Origin: an uncultured cyanobacterium
GTDB taxonomy: Bacteria; Cyanobacteriota; Cyanobacteriia; CAKZMO01
Assembly: GCA_963719515.1 (NCBI GenBank)
Contig: CAVRCJ010000019.1
Location: 96,001-160,000, forward strand
Length of the DNA: 64,000 nt
Direction of reading: 5' to 3'
A program made the translations under genes and the position numbers. Position 1 is the first letter of the stretch, and each line of letters begins with the position of its first letter. Below, in pieces: positions 40,793 to 49,912 of the stretch. Under the pieces are notes generated by a model. It was not told where the DNA came from. It made no database searches and was given only the letters and a program-made list of their open reading frames with translations.

Positions 40793-42434
40793 TCAATCTA
40801 CCTGTTGGGGGCCGCCGCCGACTAGGGCTACCCCCATGGCATCTACCACCCGCTTCACGGGAATCACCTCTAACCCCACCCCCGATGGCAGCGTCATCGG
40901 GGGCACGATCGCCCGCCGAAACCCCAGCTTATCGGCCTCCCGCAGCCGCAGCTCCATTTGGGAGACGGGGCGCACCTGGCCCCCTAGCCCCACTTCACCA
41001 ATGAGCACCGTTCCAGGATCGACGATGCGATCGCGGAAGCTGGCGGCCACCGCTACCGCCACGCCTAAGTCAGCGGCGGGCTCCCCCACGTTGAGACCGC
41101 CGGAGGAGGCAACGTAGGCGTCTAGCTTCGATAGCGGAATGCCCACTCGCTTTTCTAGCACCGCCAAAATCTGCAGCAGCCGGTTGTACTCAATGCCGGT
41201 GGTGGCCCGCCGGGGGGAGGCGTAGCTGGTGGGGCTCACCAGAGGCCTGCAGCTCCACCAGCAGGGGGCGGGTGCCTTCGCAGGCGACGATGGTAGCGGT
41301 GCCGGGGGAGGGATCGTCTCCGGCGCTCAGAAACAGGGCTGACGGGTTGCTCACTTCGGTTAAGCCGCTGTCCGCCATCTCGAAAATGCCCAGCTCGTGG
41401 GTAGCCCCAAAGCGGTTTTTTACGGAGCGCAGCAGGCGATGGCTGGCGAAGCGATCGCCCTCGAAATACAGCACCGTATCCACCAGGTGCTCTAGCACCT
41501 TGGGTCCGGCGATCGCCCCTTCCTTAGTGACATGGCCCACAATCAGTAGGGTAATGTTCTCCCGCTTGGCCAACCGCATCAGGGCCGACGTACATTCTCG
41601 CACCTGGGCCACCGAGCCAGGGGCAGAGGTCAGCTCGGAGAAATACAGCGCCTGAATACTGTCGATAACGGCAATGGGGGGACGGAGGGTCTCTAGCTCA
41701 GCGAGCACGGCGTCTAGGTCTGTCTCGGGTAGGAGGTAGAGGTCGGGAGCCGCCAGGGTGGATTGGCGCGCAGCGGGCGCGTCGTCTCGGTCTTTGCCAT
41801 TGGTCTCGCTGCTGTCGCCGCTGGCTTTACTGCTGGCCTTGCTGCTGGCTCTAGTCGCTTTACCGCACCGCTTTACCGGACTGCCGCTGGCGTGGCCCTG
41901 TGCGCCCTCAGCGCTATCCATCAGGGCCACCCCCAATCGCTGCCAGCGCAGCTTCACTTGCTGACTCGACTCCTCCGCGCAGACGTAAAGAATGGGGTAC
42001 TGACCCGACAGCCGTCCCGCCACCTGCAGCAGGAGAGTAGACTTGCCGATGCCAGGGTCTCCCCCCACCAGCACCAGAGACCCTGACACCAGGCCCCCTC
42101 CCAGCACCCGGTCTAGTTCGGAGTAGCCAGAGGAGAACCGCGCTCTCGGCCCCTCCTCTATTTGGTGCAGCGGCTGCGATCGCAAAGGTCGAGGCGTCAA
42201 GTCGGCGGCCCCGCCATTGAACGCGCCCCCACCGAACTTAGCGCCGCCAGACTTAGCGCCGGACCTAGCGCTGCTGGAGCTTATTCCTCGCCGCACCGCT
42301 TCCTTTTGGCTGGTGGCAGGCGCCGCTTCCTCCACCATGGAATTCCAGCTGTCGCAGGCTGGGCATTTTCCGAAGTACTGCGGCGCGTCGGCCCCGCACT
42401 CCCGGCAAACATATCGCGATCGCCCCTTTGGCAT
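40793..42434 (-). pseudogene. radA: DNA repair protein RadA/Sms, split by a +1 frameshift at ~41243 (pseudogene or sequencing error)
   Basis: ORF 41190-42434 has the C4 zinc finger, GDPGIGKST and KNRFG; ORF 40793-41239 has the LonC-like domain. Removing one base at 41242/41243 restores ELQALVSPTSY. Confidence 0.85.
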
Positions 42435-42798
42435 CCTTAATCCTCTTCGAATTCGCTTAAAGCTAACGCCATGTAAGAAACGCGGCGTTGGTGAATTTTC
42501 CTGATGGCCGTCTTAAAGCAATAGGTAAGCTTTAAAAGCGTCATGTATCGTTGGTGTTTACTGCGAAATATTAAGCTTTGGCTCAAATCTCTGAGCCATA
42601 TTCCCTATTTGCAACAAAGCTTAATAAACTCTGTGATCTAGCTATAGAGAGGTATCTAGCTTCATGAAAATGCTGGCCTAGGGACATCCCTTAATGATAG
42701 GCTACAAAAAATTAATAGTCAGCAATTGATCAAGCGCTTTCGATCGAGCTGCCGTCTGTGTTGAGCTAATGCCTTAAGTTGATGGAGCACTGAGAACA

Positions 42799-43527
42799 TT
42801 GGAAAACAAAGAGAAGATACTGGTCGTCGATGACGAAGCGAGCATTCGCCGCATCCTCGAAACTCGGCTATCTATGATTGGCTACGACGTGGTCACAGCA
42901 GCTGATGGTGAGGAGGCCCTAGGGACGTTTCGCAATACTGAGCCAGACCTAGTGGTGCTGGACGTGATGATGCCTAAGCTAGACGGCTATGGCGTTTGCC
43001 AAGAGCTGCGCAAAGAATCGGATGTGCCCATTATCATGCTGACGGCCTTGGGTGACGTGGCCGATCGGATTACGGGGCTGGAGCTGGGGGCAGACGACTA
43101 TGTCGTTAAGCCTTTTTCTCCCAAAGAGCTAGAGGCCCGCATCCGCTCCGTGCTGCGACGGGTAGACAAGATCGGCAACACCGGCATTCCCAGCTCGGGG
43201 ATCATCCAGGTCAATGCCCTACGCATCGACACCAATAAGCGTCAGGTCTACAAGGGTAACGAGCGTATCCGGCTCACCGGCATGGAGTTTAGCCTGCTGG
43301 AGCTGCTGGTGGGTCGGTCGGGGGAGCCGTTTTCCCGCTCAGAAATCTTACAGGAGGTCTGGGGGTACACCCCAGAACGCCATGTGGATACTCGGGTCGT
43401 GGATGTCCACATTTCTCGCCTCAGGGCTAAGCTTGAAGAAGACCCCAGCAACCCGGAGCTCATCCTTACCGCTCGGGGAACCGGCTACCTATTTCAGCGG
43501 ATTGTTGAACCGGGGGAAGAACCCTAG
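42799..43527 (+). CDS. rpaB: OmpR-family response regulator RpaB (Ycf27)
   Basis: KILVVDDEASIRRILETRLSMIGY...LILTARGTGYLFQR; TTG start; upstream of plsX. Confidence 0.95.
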   Translation: MENKEKILVVDDEASIRRILETRLSMIGYDVVTAADGEEALGTFRNTEPDLVVLDVMMPKLDGYGVCQELRKESDVPIIMLTALGDVADRITGLELGADDYVVKPFSPKELEARIRSVLRRVDKIGNTGIPSSGIIQVNALRIDTNKRQVYKGNERIRLTGMEFSLLELLVGRSGEPFSRSEILQEVWGYTPERHVDTRVVDVHISRLRAKLEEDPSNPELILTARGTGYLFQRIVEPGEEP

Positions 43528-43618
43528 CGGCTCAATCTCAGCTTAGACTCACTAACGCATTGCGCTGTAGGCGGGGTACCATCTGCTAGAATCTTGTAGG
43601 TTTTTAGAGCATTGTCTA

Positions 43619-44659
43619 ATGGGGTCAACTCAGGCACGAATTGCAGTTGATGCAATGGGCGGCGATCTCGCGCCCGACGAAATTGTGGCAGGGGCACTTA
43701 GAGCGCGAGACGAACTTGGTGTTGACGTTCTGCTGGTTGGCGATCGCGACAAAATAGACCAGTCCCTCGAACACCATTCTGGAAAATCACGGCAGGGCGT
43801 TACGATCGTTCCCTCTGAAGGGCTCGTCGAGATGCACGAGGAGCCTCTAGTGGGGATTCGCCGTAAGCCTAAAGCCTCCATCAACGTTGCCATGTCGCTG
43901 GTCAAGCGAGGGGAAGCTGACGCCGTGATTTCGGCGGGGCATTCTGGGGCGGCGATGGCGGCAGCGCTGCTGAAACTGGGTCGCCTTAAGGGGATCGATC
44001 GGCCTGCTATTGGTGCCGTCCTGCCAACCCTGAGAGCGGGTAAATCGGTGTTGATTTTGGACGTGGGGGCCAACGTCGACTGCCGCCCGAAGTTTCTAGA
44101 ACAGTTCGCCGTAATGGGCTCTGTCTACTCCCGCTGCGTCTTGGGCGTGAGCGATCCGAAGGTGGGCCTCCTCAACATTGGCGAAGAGCCCTCTAAGGGC
44201 AACGATCTCGCCCTCCAAACCCACGAGCTGCTCCAAGGCCGATCGGGGCTCTCTTTTGTGGGTAATGCCGAGGGCCGCGACATTCTCTCTGGAGACTTTG
44301 ACGTGATGGTGTGCGACGGCTTCGTGGGCAACGTGCTGCTAAAGTTCGCTGAGGCCGTTGGCGATGTGCTGCTGCAGATTCTTCGGGAAGAGCTCCCTCA
44401 GGGCGTCCGGGGAAAGCTAGGCACTGCAATGCTTAAGCCCAACCTACGCCGCATCAAGCAGCGTGTCGACCATGCAGAGCACGGCGGCGGCCTGCTTCTG
44501 GGGGTAGACGGCATCTGCATTATTAGCCACGGCAGCTCCCAAGCCCCCTCTATCTTCAACGCCATTAGGCTGGCGAAAGAGGCCATTGATAATCAGGTCC
44601 TCGACCAAATTCAAGGCTACTATCAGCAGGTGATTGCAGCAGCGGCTGACGGAAAGTAA
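43619..44659 (+). CDS. plsX: Phosphate acyltransferase PlsX
   Basis: IAVDAMGGD, LDVGANVD, LLNIGEE, DGFVGN. Confidence 0.97.
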   Translation: MGSTQARIAVDAMGGDLAPDEIVAGALRARDELGVDVLLVGDRDKIDQSLEHHSGKSRQGVTIVPSEGLVEMHEEPLVGIRRKPKASINVAMSLVKRGEADAVISAGHSGAAMAAALLKLGRLKGIDRPAIGAVLPTLRAGKSVLILDVGANVDCRPKFLEQFAVMGSVYSRCVLGVSDPKVGLLNIGEEPSKGNDLALQTHELLQGRSGLSFVGNAEGRDILSGDFDVMVCDGFVGNVLLKFAEAVGDVLLQILREELPQGVRGKLGTAMLKPNLRRIKQRVDHAEHGGGLLLGVDGICIISHGSSQAPSIFNAIRLAKEAIDNQVLDQIQGYYQQVIAAAADGK

Positions 44660-44677
44660 TGGTCAGTGGAGAATAAT

Positions 44678-45691
44678 ATGTCACAGCCTTTAAGCCGGGG
44701 CGTCGCCGTTACCGGATGTGGCTCAGCTTTGCCCAAGCTATCCCTATCCAACGACCAGCTGAGTCAAGTCGTCGAGACGTCCGATGAGTGGATCTCATCC
44801 CGCACCGGCATTCGTCGTCGCCAGGTCGTGGGGGAAGGCGAAACCCTAGGTAGCCTTGCTGCAGAAGCCGCCCGTCAGGCGCTGGCCATGGCCCAAGTGG
44901 ATCCCCAAGCGGTAGACCTGATTTTGCTGGCCACCTCGACCCCCGACGACCTGTTTGGGTCTGCAAGCCAGGTTCAAGCTCAGCTGGGGGCCAGCCGAGC
45001 GGCGGCGTTTGATATCACAGCGGCCTGCTCGGGCTTCATTGTTGGGCTGACCACGGCGGCCCAGTTTATCTACAGCGGCGCATACCAAACCATCGTTCTC
45101 ATTGGCGCAGATACTCTATCTCGCTGGGTGGACTGGCGCGATCGCCGCACCTGCGTGCTGTTCGGAGACGGCGCTGGTGCCGTTGTCCTGCAGACAGCTC
45201 CAGAGAACAGTCTGCTGGGGTTTGAGCTGCGCAGCGACGGCACTCAGAACAGCTGTCTGACCCTGCCCTACCGCGCCCAGACCGAGGCGCTCTCGGAAGA
45301 GGTCGCTGTTCAGCAGGGGGGCTTCGAGTCCATCACGATGAATGGCCAGGAGGTCTATCGCTTTGCCGTCCGGCAGGTTCCCGAGGTCATCGAGAAGGCC
45401 ACCTACCGGGCCGGATTGATCCTAGAGGACATCGACTGGCTTTTATTGCACCAGGCCAACCAGCGCATTTTGGACGCGGTGGCTAAGCGGCTCGGCATTG
45501 CTGGCGATCGCGTCATCAGCAACATGGCCGCCCACGGCAATACCTCAGCCGCTTCCATCCCCATCGCCCTTGATGAGTCAGTCCGTCAGGGCCGGGTCAA
45601 GCCGGGTGATATAATTGCTGCCGCTGGCTTTGGCGCAGGCTTGACCTGGGGGGCGATTCTATTTCGCTGGGGCAAAGGGCAGCCAGGGTAA
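44678..45691 (+). CDS. fabH: Beta-ketoacyl-ACP synthase III
   Basis: AACSGF, LFGDGAGA, HQAN, GNTSAAS, GFGAGLTWG. Confidence 0.97.
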   Translation: MSQPLSRGVAVTGCGSALPKLSLSNDQLSQVVETSDEWISSRTGIRRRQVVGEGETLGSLAAEAARQALAMAQVDPQAVDLILLATSTPDDLFGSASQVQAQLGASRAAAFDITAACSGFIVGLTTAAQFIYSGAYQTIVLIGADTLSRWVDWRDRRTCVLFGDGAGAVVLQTAPENSLLGFELRSDGTQNSCLTLPYRAQTEALSEEVAVQQGGFESITMNGQEVYRFAVRQVPEVIEKATYRAGLILEDIDWLLLHQANQRILDAVAKRLGIAGDRVISNMAAHGNTSAASIPIALDESVRQGRVKPGDIIAAAGFGAGLTWGAILFRWGKGQPG

Positions 45692-45784
45692 TTTCGCTGC
45701 TGCTTGGGTCATAGAGGGCCGAAGCGAGCGGAGCCCTGTCGTAACAACTGTTGTAAACCCGCTCAGGTGAACTGAGCATTGGCT

Positions 45785-46705
45785 ATGGCAAAAACAGCGT
45801 GGGTATTTCCAGGACAGGGATCGCAGGCGATTGGGATGGGCAGCGATCTGGCCGACCATCCTGAGACGCAGGCGCGGCTGCAGGCGGCTGAGGCGATGCT
45901 GGGCTGGTCTGTGCTTGAGGTTGCCCAGCGCGAGGACGATACTGTTTCTGAAACCCGCTACACTCAGCCCTGCCTGTACGTGCTTGAGAGCATCTTGGCT
46001 GACCTACTGCGCCCTCAGGGGGCACCGGATTTTGTGGCGGGCCACAGCTTGGGGGAATATTCAGCGCTGTACGCCGCCCGCGTCTTTGAGTTTGAGGCTG
46101 GGCTAACGCTGGTTAAGCAGCGGGCTGAGGTGATGAGTCAGACTTCTAGCGGCGGCATGGCGGCCATTATTGGAGCGGACCGAGAGCAGCTTGACGCGCT
46201 GCTGGCCCAAACCGAGGGCGTGGTGCTGGCCAACGACAATAGCCCCGCTCAGGTGGTGATCTCTGGGGCTCAGGCGGCGGTGGACCGGGTGCTCTCGCAG
46301 CTCAAAGCCAAGCGCAAGGTGCCGCTTAACGTCAGTGGAGCTTTTCACTCGCCGCTGATGGTGGCAGCGGCCCAGCAGTTTCAGGCGGTGCTGGAGGGCA
46401 TCGACTTTCAGGACGCAGAGGTGCCCGTGCTCTCGAATACTGACCCGACGCCAGAAACCGATGCGGCGGCGCTGAAGCGGCGGCTTTCCGCCCAGATGAC
46501 GGGCGCGGTGCGCTGGCGGGAAACGGCGCTGCAGTTTTCTGATTTGGGCGTTGATACCGTGGTGGAGGTGGGTCCAGGCAAAGTGCTCACGGGGCTTATC
46601 AAACGTATTTGCTCCGGCGTCATCCTCAAAAACGTCAGCGGCCTTGACGATATCGCCGCTGCTTCGACGTCTTCGCCGTCGGCCCCCACCCCGTCACTAC
46701 AGTGA
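45785..46705 (+). CDS. fabD: Malonyl-CoA:ACP transacylase
   Basis: FPGQGSQ, GHSLGEY, VSGAFHS, EVGPG. Confidence 0.97.
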   Translation: MAKTAWVFPGQGSQAIGMGSDLADHPETQARLQAAEAMLGWSVLEVAQREDDTVSETRYTQPCLYVLESILADLLRPQGAPDFVAGHSLGEYSALYAARVFEFEAGLTLVKQRAEVMSQTSSGGMAAIIGADREQLDALLAQTEGVVLANDNSPAQVVISGAQAAVDRVLSQLKAKRKVPLNVSGAFHSPLMVAAAQQFQAVLEGIDFQDAEVPVLSNTDPTPETDAAALKRRLSAQMTGAVRWRETALQFSDLGVDTVVEVGPGKVLTGLIKRICSGVILKNVSGLDDIAAASTSSPSAPTPSLQ

Positions 46706-47361
46706 GCCACGATGGCCAAAGGCCGACCTTAAAGAGCGATCGCGAGCCGCCCGTCAGCCTTACCCTCTACCATCTACTCAAATGGGGGCTGGTTCATCCG
46801 CTGCTGCTGAGCTACTTTCAAGGCCGCATCTACGGCGCTGAGCATGTGCCCCAGCAGGGGCCGCTTCTCGTGGTAAGCAACCACGCGAGCTACTTTGACC
46901 CGCCGCTGCTGTCCTCCGCTGTGCGGCGTCCGGTGGCCTATATGGCCAAGGCCGAGCTGTTTGACGTGCCGGTGCTTAGCCCGGCTATCCGGCTCTATGG
47001 CGCATACCCTGTGGCGCGGGGTAAGGGCGATCGCGCCGCCCTTCGCGCCGCCCTCTCCCGCCTAAAAGAAGGCTGGGCTGTGGGAGTATTTCTTCAGGGC
47101 ACTCGCACCGCCGATGCCCGCATCTCTTCTCCCAAACTTGGGGCGGCGCTGATTGCCGCCAAAGCCAGCGTGCCCCTGCTGCCGGTCAGCCTGTGGGGCA
47201 CCCAAAATATTTTGCGCTCCGCCGTCCCCCGCCCCGCCGCCGTCACCATTCGGATTGGAGAGCCGATCGCCGCCCCGCAGTCGGGCGATCGCCGTGCCCT
47301 AGAGGCCGTCACCCAGCGCTGCGTCACCGCCATCCACGCCCTGCACGATCAAGGACGCTGA
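46702..47361 (+). CDS. plsC: 1-acyl-sn-glycerol-3-phosphate acyltransferase
   Basis: NHASYFD (HX4D motif), FLQGTR; GTGA overlap with the fabD stop. Confidence 0.93.
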   Translation: MSHDGQRPTLKSDREPPVSLTLYHLLKWGLVHPLLLSYFQGRIYGAEHVPQQGPLLVVSNHASYFDPPLLSSAVRRPVAYMAKAELFDVPVLSPAIRLYGAYPVARGKGDRAALRAALSRLKEGWAVGVFLQGTRTADARISSPKLGAALIAAKASVPLLPVSLWGTQNILRSAVPRPAAVTIRIGEPIAAPQSGDRRALEAVTQRCVTAIHALHDQGR

Positions 47362-47942
47362 GGCTCGGGGTTTAGCCCCACCGCTCTTGTGGGATCAAAC
47401 CGCCGTAAGGACGACCCGGTGCGCCCGGTGACTACCCACAGCACCGAGCGGGCGCCATCGCGCACGACCTTACCCGTGGGCTCCGGCTCCTCCCCCGTAA
47501 TTACGGGAATCGGCCTGAAGCCAATGCCCTGGCTACCGAATACGATCTCTCCAATGACCCGGGCGCGGCGCATGTGGTAGTCGGAGGTGATCAGGTAGAT
47601 GTTGTCGATGTTGCGCTGCTCGAACTCATCCACCAGCGTTGTGAAATTGGTGACGGTATCCACTGCCTGATAGTCGAGGTGAAGCCGCTCTGGCTCGATG
47701 CCGGCCTCAGCAAAGAGAGCTTCGGCAAACTCTGGGTTTGTGCCGGAGGAGACCCAAATCGGCAAATCGGGGTGATCGAGGGCGAACTGAGCCGCAAACT
47801 CCTCTCGCGCAATAGATCCGCCCAGCACCAAAATGGCGTCTGGTTTACGGATGTAGTGTTGAAACATCCGATACCCCACGGCTGCAATCGCCAACAGCAA
47901 CAGCAGCTGTATTATCCATCGAATTGACTTTAAAACGATCAC
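47349..47942 (-). CDS. YdcF/DUF218 family protein
   Basis: N-terminal TM, AILVLGG, DTVTNF, ITSDYHMRRA. Confidence 0.9.
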   Translation of the reverse strand: MIVLKSIRWIIQLLLLLAIAAVGYRMFQHYIRKPDAILVLGGSIAREEFAAQFALDHPDLPIWVSSGTNPEFAEALFAEAGIEPERLHLDYQAVDTVTNFTTLVDEFEQRNIDNIYLITSDYHMRRARVIGEIVFGSQGIGFRPIPVITGEEPEPTGKVVRDGARSVLWVVTGRTGSSLRRFDPTRAVGLNPEPQRP

Positions 47943-48224
47943 GGGTCTGGTTCCGGTCTGCTCGCGGCTCGGTTTGGCTGAGCTTATCTAGAATAGTCTA
48001 GCGAAGAGGCAGCCCGTTGAACGATCGGTCTCGGCAGCATGCCTCAGCGGTTTGTTCTCTAATCCGCAGACAGCGCGCAAAGGTTACAATGACTGAGGGG
48101 AATTTTAAACCCAGATCTGGCCCTGTAGAAATGTTGCCATGCAGAATATCGACTGTCGCTGCTGCGCCTTGTAGCCCAGCGCTTTTTGATCGCCCTGCAG
48201 CGATGTGTTATTTGGAGTAGTCGG

Positions 48225-49079
48225 TTGAAGAATTCACAGTCCCAGAACATCGTCACCATTGCGGTTGCCCTGTTGGCCTTCGTCGCTATCGTGGTTGGTC
48301 TCAACTCATTCGTTGTGGTCAATCCTGGGCAGGCTGGTGTCGTCAGCATTCTAGGTCAGGCCCAAGAGCAGCCGCTGCTCGAAGGCATTCACTTTAAGCC
48401 ACCTTTGATCTCTATGGTGGACGTGTACGACGTTACCGTGCAGAAATTTGAGGTGCCCGCAGAGAGCGCCACCCGCGACCTGCAGAGCCTCAAGGCAAGC
48501 TTTGCCATCAACTTTCGCCTAGACCCTACCCGGGTGGTGGAAATTCGGCGAACTCAGGGCACCTTGAGCAATGTGGTCGCTAAGGTGATTGCGCCTCAAA
48601 CTCAAGAGTCGTTCAAAATTGCGGCGGCCCGGCGCACCATTGAAGAGTCGATCACGAAGCGTTCGGAACTCAAGCAGGATTTTGACCTTGCCCTAAGCGA
48701 TCGGCTGGAAAAGTACGGCGTCGTTGTTCTAGACACCAGCATTATCGACCTGAATTTCTCTAACGAATTTGCTAAGTCCGTCGAAGATAAGCAAATTGCT
48801 GAGCAGCGCGCGCGGCGAGCCGTCTACATTGCCCAAGAGGCTTCTCAAAAGGCGCAGGCAGAGGTCAACCGAGCCAAGGGTAAAGCTGAGGCTCAGCGGC
48901 TGTTGGCAGAGACCCTAAAAGCTCAGGGGGGTTCCTTGGTGCTGCAAAAAGAGGCGATTGAGGCCTGGCAAAAGGGGGGAGCCCAGATGCCTGAAGTCTT
49001 AGTGATGAGTGGCGACAGCGCCGCAGCGGTTCCGTTCTTGTTTGACCTACAGAAAAATCCTTCTGACAAGAGTTCCTAG
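48225..49079 (+). CDS. Prohibitin/SPFH (band 7) family protein, paralog 2
   Basis: TTG start at 48225 with GGAG RBS (MKNSQSQNIV, compare MKNPQAQNIV of paralog 1); VNPGQAGV, TRDLQ, VEDKQIAEQ. Confidence 0.92.
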   Translation: MKNSQSQNIVTIAVALLAFVAIVVGLNSFVVVNPGQAGVVSILGQAQEQPLLEGIHFKPPLISMVDVYDVTVQKFEVPAESATRDLQSLKASFAINFRLDPTRVVEIRRTQGTLSNVVAKVIAPQTQESFKIAAARRTIEESITKRSELKQDFDLALSDRLEKYGVVVLDTSIIDLNFSNEFAKSVEDKQIAEQRARRAVYIAQEASQKAQAEVNRAKGKAEAQRLLAETLKAQGGSLVLQKEAIEAWQKGGAQMPEVLVMSGDSAAAVPFLFDLQKNPSDKSS

Positions 49080-49177
49080 GCCTGCTTCACTGCCCAGGGG
49101 CGTAGACAATGGCTGCAGCGCGGCAGACCTAGCACGACAGTTAGGAGCGGCACCAGAGCTTCATTTGAGGGCTATGT

Positions 49178-49816
49178 CTACTGCGGGCAGGGAAACCGAT
49201 CGCTGAGATTGCGAGGCTCTCCGGAGGCTGCTGTCTCGGCGATCCACCCCGTAGTATTGCCAAATTCAATATTGGCCCAGACTCGCTGGCCCTGTACGCT
49301 CCCTGGGCTATCTCCCACAATGCGAACCGTTTGCCCAGTAGAGACGCTTCCTATCGTGCGGGCTAGGACAGAGGCTGCGGCGCGAACGTTGAGAAAGGGA
49401 ACCGTGACCCTAGAGCAGAGGGCTTCTTGTGGCGGTGGCATCCCGCCGCAGCCTTTAAGGTGACGAGCAATCACATAGCCGAGCGCACTGTTGGCGCTGG
49501 GAACAATCACTTCCACAAACCCGTTTTGAACCACAAACCCGCCGCCTTCAGCTCGGTCCACCAGGAAGACGCTGGTATCGACCTCGATAGTGGCTCGGGT
49601 GGCGCTGTCTGAGTCGACTGACGGTCGAGAGTAGACATCAAGGGAGCGGTTCGCGCGACGGCAAAATGGCGTTGGAGCTTGTGCCAATAGCGTTGCCGCG
49701 CTTGATGTCTCAGATGATGTCAAGCCCTGAGCGACGGCAGCGGCAGCGCCCATCGTGCCGACATCAACAGTGGCTGCGAGAAAAGCAGCGATTAACCCCG
49801 ATTTCACGACGTTCAT
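49178..49816 (-). CDS. Secreted protein with SH3b-like domains
   Basis: Signal-like N-terminus, LDVYSRPS...GYV and LNVRAAAS...GWIA repeats, each flanked by Cys. Confidence 0.72.
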   Translation of the reverse strand: MNVVKSGLIAAFLAATVDVGTMGAAAAVAQGLTSSETSSAATLLAQAPTPFCRRANRSLDVYSRPSVDSDSATRATIEVDTSVFLVDRAEGGGFVVQNGFVEVIVPSANSALGYVIARHLKGCGGMPPPQEALCSRVTVPFLNVRAAASVLARTIGSVSTGQTVRIVGDSPGSVQGQRVWANIEFGNTTGWIAETAASGEPRNLSDRFPCPQ

Positions 49817-49912
49817 ACTATTTCCTTGCTGTGAAGATGAATTGTTGTGCTCATCGTACAACGCGATCGCCGCTGCATCACAGCTCTTTCAGCCCCGGGA
49901 AAACCGGGAATC

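Noticed and set aside
41750..41930. Intein in RadA
   Set aside because: The insert is short and low-complexity, without intein N-terminal C/S and C-terminal HN splice motifs.
37201..42434. Apparently higher GC3 in secA-radA as a sign of horizontal transfer
   Set aside because: Not quantified; these are core genes containing HIP1 sites, and expression-linked codon bias would explain it.
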